From positions 7,020-71,019 of the forward strand of contig JBBRSS010000002.1 of NCBI GenBank assembly GCA_038245115.1: a stretch of DNA of 64,000 nucleotides, in the 5' to 3' direction. Within the stretch, counting starts at the first letter, position 1. Each line of letters begins with the position of its first letter. Shown in pieces: positions 1-10,919 of this stretch. This stretch comes from Candidatus Saccharimonadia bacterium. Its GTDB lineage: Bacteria; Patescibacteriota; Saccharimonadia; UBA4664. The notes under the pieces are model-generated. The model ran no database searches. It was not told the origin of the DNA and worked only from the letters and a program-made list of their open reading frames with translations. A program made the translations under genes and the position numbers.

Positions 1-850
1 AGCTACAACGTATGAAAACGCCATGAGTATGATCAGTTACGCCGGTAACCTTTATGTTGGGCTCGGCACTACCGCCAATGACGCCGAAGTCTGGAAATGG
101 AACGGCTCCACCTGGAGCCAAATCGGCGGCGACAGCCTCAATAGTGGTTGGGGAGCCGGATTCGAGGAAGTTTTTACCATGGCCACCTACAACGGCAAGC
201 TCGAGGTTGGCCTCGGCAACTCAGCCAACGACGCTGAAGTCTGGCAGTGGAACGCAACGGCGTGGACCAGAATCGGCGGTGACAGCATAAATTCCGGCTG
301 GACCGCTAACTACGAACGTGTCAGTTCATTGGCAGTCTATGGTGGCAACCTCTATGCCGGTCTCGGACTTACCGCCGGCGACGCTGAAGTCTGGAAGTGG
401 AATGGCACCGCCTGGAGCAAGGTAGGTGGCGACGGCCTCAACGCCAGCTGGAACCTCAACTACGAGCAAGTCGAATCTATGATTCCCTACAATGGTAAGC
501 TTTATGCCGGTTTGGGTAACAGCACCGGCGACGCTGAGCTGTGGGAATACGACGGTACCAGCTGGACCCAGATAGGTGGCGACGGACTGGCTTCCAGTTG
601 GGTTGACGGCCAGTACGAACAAGTCAAAAGTCTGGCCGTCTATAACGGGAAGCTCTATGCTGGCCTGGGCAACACAGCGGGCGACGGGGAAGTCTGGGAA
701 TACGACAACGGCGCCTGGGCAAAAGTGGCCGGCAACAGCCTAAATAGCAGCTGGGGTAACGCCATCGAAACCGTTCAGAGTTTTGCCGTCTACCATGGCA
801 AGCTCTATGCCGGCCTCGGCAACACCGCCAATGCCGATGCTCAGATTTGG
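1..850 (+). repeat. About 6 tandem ~141-bp (47-codon) coding repeats at the 5' end of the giant surface-protein gene
   Basis: The motif YxGxLYAGLGNxxxDAEVWxWxGxxWxxIGGDxLNxxW recurs in the translated frame. Confidence 0.6.
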
Positions 851-3800
851 TCCTATGGCGGTAACGGGTTCCTCCAATCCGCCACCGTCGGTCAAGACAC
901 CAATTGGCACCACATTGCCGCCACCTACGACGGTACTACTATGAAAGTCTATGTCGATGGCACCCTCGACGCCTCCAGCGCCGTCTCGCTCTCACTGCCC
1001 GACTCCGACCAACCGTTGCTCGTCGGTGCCACCTTTGGCGGATTCTCCTCCGAATCCGGCTGGGCCCAAGGCTACTTTGCCGGCCAGCTCGATGAAGTGC
1101 GCATTAGCAACATTGCCCGTTCTGGTGCCGGCTTCATCGACAAACCGTATTCTACCAACCAACTCCTCGTAAGCCCCTTAGGAGCCGTACTCTCAAGCGG
1201 CATTGCCAGCTGGAGCGCCTTTAGCGACAGTTCCACTTTAAACGGCGGCACTATTAACTACCGCCTCACCACCGACAACGGCGGAATTTGGAAATACTGG
1301 AACGGTAGCGCCTGGGTAGTCTCCGCCAGTATCGCCCAGTCCAACACCGCCAGTGTCATTAACAGCCATATCAGTACCTTCCCCGTCGTCCTCGGCGGCG
1401 GCATTAAATGGCAAGCCGGCGTTCAGGGCGATGGCACTCAGCGAGTTACCCTAGATTCTGTTACGGTCACCGGCATAGCCGATACCACCCCACCGGAAGT
1501 CAACGCTACGAATGTAGTCATGTCCAAAACTAATGGGGGACCAGCCGTCGCCTCAAACAACTGGACCAATGGCGCCTCACCGTACTTCAGCTGGACCGCC
1601 GGCACCGACGCCGGAGCGGGGATCTACGGCTACTGCCTCTACCTGGGCCAGACCGCCGCTTCCGACCCCATCAGCACCAAAGGCCAACTCGGCGCCTCAC
1701 CGCTCGACACCACCGGCACCCCGTGCTCGTTCATTGTACCCAGCACTAATGTCGACCTGGCCACCGCCGGGTACCTGGCTAGCCCCCTTGCCTCATCCAA
1801 TAGCCCCTATTACCTGTATGCCACCGCCATCGACCGCGCCGGTAACGCCGTCGCCAACACCACCACCGACTTCCAATTCCGTTTCGACAACACCGCCCCC
1901 TCCAATCCCGCCTTCATTACGGCCCCGTCAAACTTCATCTCCACCAAATCAGCCACTCTCACCTGGCAAACCTCCGGCGCCGACTCAGCCAGTGACGCCA
2001 ACGCCGGCCTCGCCGGCCTCCAGTACCGCATCGGCGCGTCCAGCCCCTGGTACGGCGTCAGCCATAATGGTGCCCAAGACGCCACCGACCTCCTCCCCAA
2101 CAATGGCAGCTACACCACCCAAAGCACCCCCGACTTCGCCAACCTCATCGAGGGCAACAACACCATCTACTTCCGTACTTGGGACGCGGCCGGCAATGTC
2201 AGTCCCGTGTACGTCACCACTGCCCTCAAAATCAACTCCAGCTCACCATCCTCACCCCAAAACCTCACCGCTACTCCCGCTTCTAACTCAACCAATTATT
2301 TCGGCTTCTCATGGGTGGCGCCAACCAGCTTTGCCGGCCAAGCCAGCAACATCACCTACTGCTACACCGTCAACACCACGCCTACAGTAGCCAACTGTAG
2401 CTATACCGCCGCCGGCGTTACCAACATTACCGCCGGCGCCTATGCCACCCAACCCGGTGATAACACCTTCTATACCGTCGCCAAAGACGAAGCCGGCAAC
2501 ATCAACTACGCCACTGCCGCCAGCACCATCTTTACCGCCAACACCTCCGCCCCGGGGGTACCCCTCAACCCCGACGTTGTCGACGCCAGTATCAAATCCA
2601 CCAGCACCTGGCGCCTCGCCCTCACCTGGAATCCCCCCGCCAGCCTCGGTGCCGGCATTGCCGCCTACCGCATCTATCGCTCCACCGACAACACCACTTT
2701 CTCCGTTGTGGCTACCACTTCCTCTACCAGCCTCGTCGACACCGGTCTCAGCCAAGTCACCTATTTCTACAAGATCAAAGCTTGCGACTCCACCAATAAT
2801 TGTGGTGCGTCTAGCCCAGCTGTTTCCAAGCTCCCCACCGGCCGCTTCAGCGAGTCTGCCAATTTGCTTAGCCAACCCGAAGTCAGTAACGTCACCACGC
2901 GTCGCGCCACCATTCAATGGGTCACCGATCGCACCAGTGACTCACGCATCGCCCTCGGTACCAAATCTGGCAGCTACTCCAGCGACGAAGTCTCCAACTC
3001 GGATCAAGTCACCGCCCACAGTATCAACCTCACAAATCTTGCCGCCGGCACAACCTATTTCGCCGAAGCTAAATGGACCGACGAAGACGGCAACCTTGGC
3101 TCCTCCGACGAATTTAGCTTCACCACTGCCCCAGCCCCCAGCGTAAAAGAAGTCTCCAATATCACCATCGGCCTCAATAGTACCTCCATCAAGTTCACCT
3201 CCAAGGGTGCTGTGAGTGTCAAAATCTACTTTGGCAAAACCGACAGCTTCGGCGGTACGCACGTGCTCAACACCTCGACCGCCGAATCTGCCTACACAAC
3301 CCAGCTCACCGGCCTCGACGACGGCACCAAATATTTTTACAAGGTCAACACCTTTGACGCTGACGGCAATGAATATGACTCCAGCGTCTTTAGCTTCACC
3401 ACGCCCTCACGCCCGCACATCTCCGATCTCCGCTTCCAGCCCGTGGCCGGCGAACCCACCAGTACCCAGCTCATATCCTGGACCACCAACGTACCAACCA
3501 CCTCCGGTATCCAATACGGGCCCCGCGGTACTAACCAGCAGGAAGTCAGCGACTCCAAACTCACAACCGATCACCAAATTACTATCTCCAACCTCACTGA
3601 CAATACCGATTATGTACTGGTTGCCACCTCACGCGACACCTCCGGGAATCAAGCTGTCAGCGACCAGCAATCCTTCCGCACCGCCCTCGACACTCGTCCG
3701 CCCAAAGTAAGCGCCGTTACTATTGAACCCAGTATCAAAGGCACTGGTTCTGATGCACACGGCCAAATTGTAATCTCCTGGAAAACCGACGAACCCGGTA

Positions 3801-4066
3801 CCAGCCAAGTCGAATTTGGCCCTGGCTCCTCCGGTAACACGTACGCTTCTAAGAGCGCCGAAGACCAAAACTACACCCGCGACCATGTCGTTATCGTCTC
3901 GGACCTGCCAACCTCTACCGTTTTCCACTTCCGCGCCGTCTCACATGACCGTGCCGCGAATCAAGCCACATCCGACGACCAATCAACCATCATCGGCCGC
4001 GCTACCGATAGCGTACTCAGCATTATCTTCAACGCCCTATCAAATATCTTTGGATTCCTCAAATAA
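1..4066 (+). CDS. Giant cell-surface protein, 5' partial (open in frame to base 2, no start in window). It has about 6 tandem 47-aa propeller/Kelch-like repeats, a LamG/ConA-like domain and multiple Fn3 / purple-acid-phosphatase-N-like domains.
   Basis: 1347-aa ORF 23..4066 with the frame open upstream to the window edge. Repeats read 'G(N/K)LY(A/V)GLG..A.DAEVW.WNG..W..IGGD.LN..W'. LamG-like 'HHIAATYDGTTMKVYVDG...LDEVRISN'. Repeated 'W..P......Y.Y' Fn3 modules. 'TTRRATIQWVTDRTSDSRIALGT' resembles the PAP N-terminal Fn3 domain. Confidence 0.8.
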   Translation, partial: ATTYENAMSMISYAGNLYVGLGTTANDAEVWKWNGSTWSQIGGDSLNSGWGAGFEEVFTMATYNGKLEVGLGNSANDAEVWQWNATAWTRIGGDSINSGWTANYERVSSLAVYGGNLYAGLGLTAGDAEVWKWNGTAWSKVGGDGLNASWNLNYEQVESMIPYNGKLYAGLGNSTGDAELWEYDGTSWTQIGGDGLASSWVDGQYEQVKSLAVYNGKLYAGLGNTAGDGEVWEYDNGAWAKVAGNSLNSSWGNAIETVQSFAVYHGKLYAGLGNTANADAQIWSYGGNGFLQSATVGQDTNWHHIAATYDGTTMKVYVDGTLDASSAVSLSLPDSDQPLLVGATFGGFSSESGWAQGYFAGQLDEVRISNIARSGAGFIDKPYSTNQLLVSPLGAVLSSGIASWSAFSDSSTLNGGTINYRLTTDNGGIWKYWNGSAWVVSASIAQSNTASVINSHISTFPVVLGGGIKWQAGVQGDGTQRVTLDSVTVTGIADTTPPEVNATNVVMSKTNGGPAVASNNWTNGASPYFSWTAGTDAGAGIYGYCLYLGQTAASDPISTKGQLGASPLDTTGTPCSFIVPSTNVDLATAGYLASPLASSNSPYYLYATAIDRAGNAVANTTTDFQFRFDNTAPSNPAFITAPSNFISTKSATLTWQTSGADSASDANAGLAGLQYRIGASSPWYGVSHNGAQDATDLLPNNGSYTTQSTPDFANLIEGNNTIYFRTWDAAGNVSPVYVTTALKINSSSPSSPQNLTATPASNSTNYFGFSWVAPTSFAGQASNITYCYTVNTTPTVANCSYTAAGVTNITAGAYATQPGDNTFYTVAKDEAGNINYATAASTIFTANTSAPGVPLNPDVVDASIKSTSTWRLALTWNPPASLGAGIAAYRIYRSTDNTTFSVVATTSSTSLVDTGLSQVTYFYKIKACDSTNNCGASSPAVSKLPTGRFSESANLLSQPEVSNVTTRRATIQWVTDRTSDSRIALGTKSGSYSSDEVSNSDQVTAHSINLTNLAAGTTYFAEAKWTDEDGNLGSSDEFSFTTAPAPSVKEVSNITIGLNSTSIKFTSKGAVSVKIYFGKTDSFGGTHVLNTSTAESAYTTQLTGLDDGTKYFYKVNTFDADGNEYDSSVFSFTTPSRPHISDLRFQPVAGEPTSTQLISWTTNVPTTSGIQYGPRGTNQQEVSDSKLTTDHQITISNLTDNTDYVLVATSRDTSGNQAVSDQQSFRTALDTRPPKVSAVTIEPSIKGTGSDAHGQIVISWKTDEPGTSQVEFGPGSSGNTYASKSAEDQNYTRDHVVIVSDLPTSTVFHFRAVSHDRAANQATSDDQSTIIGRATDSVLSIIFNALSNIFGFLK

Positions 4067-4863
4067 TGGCTACCCAACGCTCGTCAAAAGCCATTGTCAA
4101 AGTAACGGGACTCAGCAAGCAGTTCAAACTGGCCACCGAAACCGTCAGCGCCCTGACCGATATCAACTTCGAGATTAAACAAGGCTCGTTCACTATCATT
4201 TACGGCCCGTCCGGTTCCGGCAAATCAACCTTGCTCAATATCCTTGTGGGGCTTGAGCCGCCCACCAGTGGCACAGTTGAGCTCCTCGGCCAGAATCTGT
4301 ACGATCTGACGTCCGATGATCGTGCCCGCTTCCGCCAGCTCACCCTCGGCATGGTATTTCAAACCAATTACTGGGTTAACAGCTTGAGCGTGGTCGAAAA
4401 CGTGGCCTTCCCGCTCTACTTGGCCGGCTACGACGCCAAACAGGCCGCCGAACTCGCGCAACTCAGTCTGGAGGCCGTCGGTCTCAACGATGTCGTCAAG
4501 CATTATCCAACGCAACTCTCGGGCGGCCAACAGCAGCGGGTGTCCATGGCCCGCGCCCTCATTGCCAACCCTAGCCTTATCGTAGCCGATGAACCGACCG
4601 GCAATCTCGACTCTCACAACGGCGAGCTCATCATGAGCTTGCTCGACAGCAGCGTTAAGGACATGGGAAAAACCGTCATCCTCGTTACCCACAACCTCGA
4701 ATACCTCCGCTACAGCACTCAACAGCTCGAGATCAAAGACGGCGTCCTCACCGATACCACTCGCCAAGCTGCCGTCAAAACCATCCGCCCCGAAAAAGCG
4801 ATTAAGCCAGCCCAGACGATACCCGCCGTTGCCATCAAAACCAAAGGAGCACCCCGTGGCTAA
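4066..4863 (+). CDS. ABC transporter ATP-binding protein (MacB/LolD-like)
   Basis: Walker A '[12 protein letters not shown]', ABC signature '[15 protein letters not shown]', Walker B '[12 protein letters not shown]'. The ATG overlaps the upstream stop (TAATG). Confidence 0.9.
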   Translation: MATQRSSKAIVKVTGLSKQFKLATETVSALTDINFEIKQGSFTIIYGPSGSGKSTLLNILVGLEPPTSGTVELLGQNLYDLTSDDRARFRQLTLGMVFQTNYWVNSLSVVENVAFPLYLAGYDAKQAAELAQLSLEAVGLNDVVKHYPTQLSGGQQQRVSMARALIANPSLIVADEPTGNLDSHNGELIMSLLDSSVKDMGKTVILVTHNLEYLRYSTQQLEIKDGVLTDTTRQAAVKTIRPEKAIKPAQTIPAVAIKTKGAPRG

Positions 4864-6103
4864 ATCAATCAAATCCGGCGCCTATCTGGATCTCGAATCT
4901 CACTATGGCCAACACCACTTGCGGCTTCGCATCATCGCCTATATGGTCTACCGCAACCTGGTATCGCGCAAACTTCGCACATTTCTTACCGCCGCGGGTG
5001 TCCTCATTGGCATTGGCTCTATCACTTTCCTAGTTTCGCTCGGACTCGGGCTACAGAACCTAGTCTCAAAGCAAGTCATAGGCTCGAAATCCGTAACCGC
5101 TATCGACGTCACCCCACCCGCCTCGGGGATTGTCAAACTCGACTCCACTAATATCAGCAAGATCCACAGCATCGCCCATGTCAAAGATATCGCGAAAGAT
5201 TTCACGCAAGCCGGCAAAGCCACGCTCGGTGGCTCAAGCACCGATGTTGTTATCTACGGCGGCGATCAAAACTATCTCGACCTCAGCTCGCTCCACCTTG
5301 TGACCAGCGGGGGACTGACTCTCGGCCAAAACCAGATTCTTGTGAATGCCTCGCTCCTCAAGCTCATCGGCCTAGGCGACCCAGCCGGAGCTATCGGTAA
5401 AGCCCTCAAGCTAGACATACTTGTCACCAACCCCGACGGCACCAAACGCCACCTACCGGCCGACGTCACCATCAAAGGCGTAGTTGACACTGGTAGCGGC
5501 TCCGAAGTCTATATGGCCGACAGCTTTTTCAGCGCTGCCGGGCTCACCACATATGCCCAGCTCAAAGTGGTAGCCGACGATCGTGCCAACGTACCCGCCA
5601 TTCGTCAACATATCGAAGCCCTCGGCTTCAGTACAGCCTCGCCTCTAGATACCTTGGCCCAGATCGACCAAGTCTTTGTGTTCTTCAATTTCATCTTGGC
5701 CGGCTTTGGCGGCATTGGCATGCTCATTGCCGTGCTCGGTATGTTTAACACTCTCACCATTTCGCTCCTCGAACGAACTCGCGAAATCGCTCTTATGATC
5801 TCGCTTGGCGCTCGGAGGAAAGATATCCAGCGGCTATTTATCGCCGAGGCCATTGGCCTGGCTATTCTTGGCGGGGTGGCAGGACTGGTCGCATCATGGC
5901 TGCTCGGACTAGCCATCAACATTGCTCTCACCCAGCTGGCCCATGGCCGCGGCGTCAACGATACCGTTACCATCTTCAGCCTGCCCTGGTGGCTCGTGCT
6001 CGACACCCTTGGCCTTGTTATTGTGCTAGCGCTTATCGTGGTGGCATACCCGGCCTGGCGTGCTGTCCGCGTCAACCCGATTGACGCCCTGCGCCACGAA
6101 TAG
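4856..6103 (+). CDS. ABC transporter permease, FtsX/MacB family
   Basis: N-terminal TM, an extracytoplasmic domain, then 3 C-terminal TMs with an FtsX-like 'ERTREIALMISLGARRKDI' motif. AAAGGAG sits 8 nt upstream of GTG 4856; the ORF track starts at ATG 4829. Confidence 0.8.
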   Translation: MAKSIKSGAYLDLESHYGQHHLRLRIIAYMVYRNLVSRKLRTFLTAAGVLIGIGSITFLVSLGLGLQNLVSKQVIGSKSVTAIDVTPPASGIVKLDSTNISKIHSIAHVKDIAKDFTQAGKATLGGSSTDVVIYGGDQNYLDLSSLHLVTSGGLTLGQNQILVNASLLKLIGLGDPAGAIGKALKLDILVTNPDGTKRHLPADVTIKGVVDTGSGSEVYMADSFFSAAGLTTYAQLKVVADDRANVPAIRQHIEALGFSTASPLDTLAQIDQVFVFFNFILAGFGGIGMLIAVLGMFNTLTISLLERTREIALMISLGARRKDIQRLFIAEAIGLAILGGVAGLVASWLLGLAINIALTQLAHGRGVNDTVTIFSLPWWLVLDTLGLVIVLALIVVAYPAWRAVRVNPIDALRHE

Positions 6104-6232
6104 CCTAACTAGCTCCGAATCACCCTTGATGTCGCGATCATAGGTTTAGATGCCGATACAACGAACAACAAGATAAGGATATGAACGAGCCTTAACGATC
6201 GCATGATGCCTGCAAAGCCGAGGCTATATTCT

Positions 6233-8089
6233 TTATGCGACGGCTTCGCAAACCCCCATATACATAGTCGGCAGACGCAATGAGTCATTGCCGTTGGCGT
6301 CCAAAGGGTCGACACTGGTGCTGAACTCACGAACTTGTGCCAAAGGTACAACCACTCGTCCGGCCGAGGAGGTTTGAACGCGTTGCCGTAAAGTTGGTAA
6401 ATCCGGTGATGTATTATGCTCGACCCAATTTAGGTCGATGCCGCAATCTATCAAATACGTCTGCAGTATCGTTTCAGGATGATAATTCGCCGCGCGAAAC
6501 TCCGGCCACGTACCCATGTCTTTACCTTTGTACGCCAGCTGGACTTTAGTCAGTTCCGCGCGAGCAAGGTCCGCGAACTTCATCGGATTAGTATTGGAGT
6601 TACTATCGCGCTCAACGGTCGTAAACGACAGCGAACCGAGGCTGAACCTGGCATCATCTCCATCATGCTGGCTTAGGACGAGGTCTTCGGGTCGGGTCTG
6701 CCCCTCCACGCTTGCTAGAGAGGTATGTACTCGGTCCAGCCCGCCCCTTATAGCATCTGCCAGACCGATGGTGAATATACCCGGAAAATGCTCTATTTTC
6801 GGGTTATTCCGCAACGTGTGACCGGTATTGCCCCCGGTATGCGTCGCGTAGGTGCGGTAATCGAGGGCCTTCCCCGATGGAAGCTCGGCATAGGTCGTGA
6901 AGTGAATCTGATTACTAGCATCAAGATCATTAGTCGAAGTCAGGCCGTGGTCATACTTGGGTTTTAGACCGCCGTTTTTCATGACCTCAAGCGAGAACGG
7001 GGTTGTATGCTCGAGGACAATGTCACCGGCCAAGGTAGCACGGGCAAAATTCTCGTCACTCGCCTGCCCCAGTTCGGTTAACCGTCTTAACGAATGGGCT
7101 GACCACAAGGTTGCCCGGGTATCAGGTGTTCCCCGCGCTTGCAGCAACCACTTATAAGCTGCAATTAAGCTGGTATCTAAGCCGTGCTGTTTAATCTCAG
7201 TTCTTGCTCGATTGCCTGCCAGCGTAGCATCTGAATAGAGCCCGCTACTCAACCGCGCCACGGCTTCTGCAGTATCAAGGCTATCGGTCGGGCGCGGAAG
7301 TTGACTAATTATTTCGATCCGCAACTGTTGAGCACAAAATTCATAATCAATTTTATCAATACCACCGATTCGAAGCAGCTCATTAACGGCCTGACTGTGC
7401 GGCGTCACCAACCGCATCTCCTGGTCGATATCACCGTCAGCACTGATAAGCATATGGGCTAAACTACGCAGTGAAGAATGATTTTCGGCCGTAAAGTTAT
7501 CCTCATTTAAGGGTTTCTCGCCGCCGGCCAATAGCGCCTCATCTTCGGCTGCATCCAGGCGCTCAGCTAACTTGGCTTCAAGAAAAGCGAATTTAGTTTT
7601 ACTGCGGGCAATATTTGGAGTGCCGCTCACGATTTGCTTCGCCTGTGCCATGGCGGCCTTATCTCCGCCCCTGAGACCAACCAATATAGCCTTAGTACTA
7701 ATCGCCGTGTCATATGCACGTCGCGCGGCATCGCTACTAAAGATCTCGCCACCCAAATTACCGCTATCACTTTCGTGCCGAAGCCAGCTTATCGCCCCGT
7801 CAGTGAGCTCGCCGGCCAGCGTTTCGGCGGTAAGGTTACTTTGTTCAATCGTTCGCAAAGATCCCTCTGCCTCAGCAATCTGGCTCATTATTGCCTGCAT
7901 GTAATAATCAACACCTTGCTCAACTGTTTCCTTGTCGCGTTCCCCTAAACGATCTAGGTAGGTCTCAGGTGGTACGGGCGGCAGATCGGCGACATCTGGA
8001 GTCGACTGTAAATCAACGGCGGCTGGATGCCTCTCTTGAGATTCGGTTGGCCGTTCATTGCTTTCAGATTCAGGCATCATGGGTTTCAT
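6233..8089 (-). CDS. Hypothetical 618-aa protein with no recognisable domain and no signal peptide
   Basis: Long clean ORF with balanced composition, flanked by AT-rich non-coding DNA (6104-6232, 8090-8441). Confidence 0.6.
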   Translation of the reverse strand: MKPMMPESESNERPTESQERHPAAVDLQSTPDVADLPPVPPETYLDRLGERDKETVEQGVDYYMQAIMSQIAEAEGSLRTIEQSNLTAETLAGELTDGAISWLRHESDSGNLGGEIFSSDAARRAYDTAISTKAILVGLRGGDKAAMAQAKQIVSGTPNIARSKTKFAFLEAKLAERLDAAEDEALLAGGEKPLNEDNFTAENHSSLRSLAHMLISADGDIDQEMRLVTPHSQAVNELLRIGGIDKIDYEFCAQQLRIEIISQLPRPTDSLDTAEAVARLSSGLYSDATLAGNRARTEIKQHGLDTSLIAAYKWLLQARGTPDTRATLWSAHSLRRLTELGQASDENFARATLAGDIVLEHTTPFSLEVMKNGGLKPKYDHGLTSTNDLDASNQIHFTTYAELPSGKALDYRTYATHTGGNTGHTLRNNPKIEHFPGIFTIGLADAIRGGLDRVHTSLASVEGQTRPEDLVLSQHDGDDARFSLGSLSFTTVERDSNSNTNPMKFADLARAELTKVQLAYKGKDMGTWPEFRAANYHPETILQTYLIDCGIDLNWVEHNTSPDLPTLRQRVQTSSAGRVVVPLAQVREFSTSVDPLDANGNDSLRLPTMYMGVCEAVA

Positions 8090-8441
8090 TATTCAATCCT
8101 ACCAGATTGTATGCCCGTATTCTGAGGTCTAATCCAAAACGCAACACTTAGTAGTGGCGGCAGGCGATACAATATCTAAACTAGCTATGAACAATAATAC
8201 GTTTCAGTCTTAGTTAACAGCAACGAATCGAGCCAAGTCTATCAATTGTATTTCGTGCCAGCACACGTTGTACGGCCTGCTCTCTGACCTAAGTGTCACG
8301 GCTAAAACGCATACGTTTGTCGCCAAACATCGAGCAACTGGCAAATCTGTTCTTCGCCTACCACGCTCGCTCCGCAGAAATTGCGCTATTATACCGCATA
8401 TGGTTAACTTGATAAGATAATTGTGTTTAGAGGAGCCAACT

Positions 8442-10046
8442 ATGTCCTTCGGAGGTGGATCAGGAAGCGGCAGTATAGTTGGCAGCTCAGATGTTGTAAT
8501 AAACACGCCGGCGAATAATGAAGTGCTGGGTTACAACTCCGGTACCGCCAAGTGGCAAAATCAGGCTAAAACGACAGGTCCATGTATTACGTGCGATCCG
8601 CGGACGCTGAAGGCGGCCGTAACGATGTTCCCGGCCGCCAACTGCACCTACTACATGAGAGTGCAAGGTGAGGTGGTCGGGGCGACCGCTTACCGTATTT
8701 GGGTTGGCACGGCATCGGGTAACATCAGTATTGCCAACTACGCCAATACTGGCGTGGGGATTAACGCCGCACCAACTGGCGCTCCGAGGGGAGCCACAGG
8801 ATCCGTAGCTTGCCCGGCAACCGGTGCCCAGCTGGTCTTCGCCAGCGGTGGTGCCTTCAACGTCGCGGAAGGGGACTGGATCGGACTATCCTGCGATAAC
8901 GCAACGGCCTCGTTTGGTTCCGGTACGGATGGTGCTCCGACGGCGCTATATGCGGGAGTATGCGCGGCGAACGACGTTTTTCCGGCCGGGACTCCTAGTG
9001 CTCCCTACACGGCCACAACCCCATTCTTTTTAGCGGCCGAGGTTGCGGTGGCGGGCAGCGGCACCGCCCCCCTCTTCACCGCGGCGATACCACCCGACGG
9101 AACCGTGGGTGTGGCGTACTCCTACCAGTTCGCCGCGTCTGGCACTACCCCGATCGCATTCACTCTCAACAGTGGGACGATCCCGGCAGGGCTAACTCTG
9201 ACTTCGGCTGGTCTGCTGTCTGGGACCCCAACGACTGCGGCCACAAGCCTCTTCACCGTGCTCGCGTCCAACGGTGTGAGCCCAGACAGGGTAAGCACAG
9301 AAAAGACCGTCATCATAGCCGCATCCGGCGGTGGTGGTGGCGGCGGTGGCAACCCGCAGTGGCTGGGTGACTACCAGACTGGCGACTTCTCGCAATGGCC
9401 AGTGCAGGAGTTCAAGGACGGCGCGACCGGCGCTGACATGGCCCGGCAGCAACAGATAGTCACCAGCCCCGCCAGAGCCGGATACCCGTACACTGCGCAG
9501 TTCAACGTCATCTCTACCGACCAGACCAGCGGCGACCCCGATCGTAACCGCTCTGAGGTGACCGATTATTCCGATGTTGCCACGCTGAACGGCGGAACCT
9601 CATGGTGGGCATGGTCGATGTATCTCCCCACCGGGTTCCATGTCGATACGGATGTGGTATCCCCTGTGGGCAACGGGTGGGTAGTCTGCACCCAGTGGCA
9701 CGGCGTGAATGGCCTGCCCCTGGTTTTCGGACTCGACAAGTCTGCCGTCCCTCACGTCATTGTCAGCACACTAGACGCCGAATGGGTAACGCCCAGCGCG
9801 CTACCTCTAGGCCAGTGGAACGACTTTGTCGTGGGCGTCACATGGTCGAATACGGCGGGACGCCTGACGGTGAGAATCAACGGCACCACCTTCATCGACA
9901 ATGCCGCCACTTCCACTCTGGAGTCTGGAGCCGACGGGATCGCCTACTTCAAGCAGGGCATCTATCGTGCCCGCTCCAACCAGGACCAGAGCATTTACTA
10001 CACTGGGACCCGCCGCGGAGCAACTGAGGCCGACGTCGCTCTCTAG
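8442..10046 (+). CDS. Secreted/structural carbohydrate-active protein: He_PIG (putative Ig) domain, Gly8 linker, PL7/alginate-lyase-like (ConA-like) C-terminal domain
   Basis: GAGGAG 6 nt before ATG 8442. 'PDGTVGVAYSYQFAASGTTPIAFTL..IPAGLTL..GLLSGTP' fits He_PIG. 'GGGGGGGG' linker. PL7-like 'RSEV', 'TQWHG' and 'YFKQGIY' motifs. Confidence 0.55.
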   Translation: MSFGGGSGSGSIVGSSDVVINTPANNEVLGYNSGTAKWQNQAKTTGPCITCDPRTLKAAVTMFPAANCTYYMRVQGEVVGATAYRIWVGTASGNISIANYANTGVGINAAPTGAPRGATGSVACPATGAQLVFASGGAFNVAEGDWIGLSCDNATASFGSGTDGAPTALYAGVCAANDVFPAGTPSAPYTATTPFFLAAEVAVAGSGTAPLFTAAIPPDGTVGVAYSYQFAASGTTPIAFTLNSGTIPAGLTLTSAGLLSGTPTTAATSLFTVLASNGVSPDRVSTEKTVIIAASGGGGGGGGNPQWLGDYQTGDFSQWPVQEFKDGATGADMARQQQIVTSPARAGYPYTAQFNVISTDQTSGDPDRNRSEVTDYSDVATLNGGTSWWAWSMYLPTGFHVDTDVVSPVGNGWVVCTQWHGVNGLPLVFGLDKSAVPHVIVSTLDAEWVTPSALPLGQWNDFVVGVTWSNTAGRLTVRINGTTFIDNAATSTLESGADGIAYFKQGIYRARSNQDQSIYYTGTRRGATEADVAL

Positions 10047-10312
10047 CTGCAGTATCAAGCTAACAAACGCCGCTCACGTATGCGGTTTTTGTTACAATCA
10101 TCCCCATGCAGCTCCGCACTGAAATTATTGCAACTTTCTTGCCATATATTTTGCTGGGCATGTCCTTATCACTCGTTGCTCCATATAAAATGACGAAATA
10201 TTGTCACCGCTATTGAAAAATCATAAGGGTGATCAATAATAGGTGTGTGAACATTTCAAAATACCGCCAAAAATGACGGTTATACGCGAATTGCGAGTTT
10301 CCAGGAGGAAAC

Positions 10313-10810
10313 ATGGCGCTTTTCTTCGATTATGAAGGCAAAATACTCCACGATGGGCCACCGATCATCGTGCCGAGCACACCGCTGCAAGTTCCTTTCG
10401 AGCAGCATGTTGAGGCTGGCAACCTGACCCGCGTGGATCCAGTATTCCACGATCGCAGGGACGCCGGCAACTGGGACAATATAGGCACACACATCGGTGG
10501 CCCATACTGCCTCCTCACCATGCCCCACGACAAGTACTCCGAGGCTGGCGTGCTCGACCAACTGACCACGGAGGCAGGCCCCAGCTGGCGGCTTGAACTT
10601 TCCACCGCTGCTAGCCTGGTGCACTTCGCCCAGTATTGGAGATTCTCGCTCGGGCAGGTAGTTGCCTTTGGTTCATCCTTCCACGGGCCAAACAATTGCC
10701 TGTATAAGCCCTGCCTATGGGGCTACGGCAAGGAGCGCATACTGGGCACAACGTGGACCAAGCTGTGGAGCTGGGACAACCGGGTTCTATGCAACGTTGT
10801 TGAGATTTGA
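10313..10810 (+). CDS. Hypothetical protein (165 aa)
   Basis: AGGAGG 6 nt upstream of ATG; no recognisable motif. Confidence 0.5.
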   Translation: MALFFDYEGKILHDGPPIIVPSTPLQVPFEQHVEAGNLTRVDPVFHDRRDAGNWDNIGTHIGGPYCLLTMPHDKYSEAGVLDQLTTEAGPSWRLELSTAASLVHFAQYWRFSLGQVVAFGSSFHGPNNCLYKPCLWGYGKERILGTTWTKLWSWDNRVLCNVVEI

Positions 10811-10919
10811 CCCACCCTCACCCAAATACCCTCTCAGGTTGAGTAAACTACTCTTCCTAGGAGGGTAGTTTACGTATATTTGATGGTTTTGGCGGCCGCA
10901 GAGCTGTTACAGTACAATC

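Noticed and set aside
904-3928. Numerous Pro/Arg/Gly-rich ORFs in other frames or strands inside the giant surface-protein gene (e.g. 1533..2390, 2442..3146, 2309..2917, 3216..3710)
   Set aside because: They are shadow ORFs caused by the repetitive, Thr/Ala/Gly-codon-rich coding sequence on the + strand; their low-complexity composition is not protein-like.
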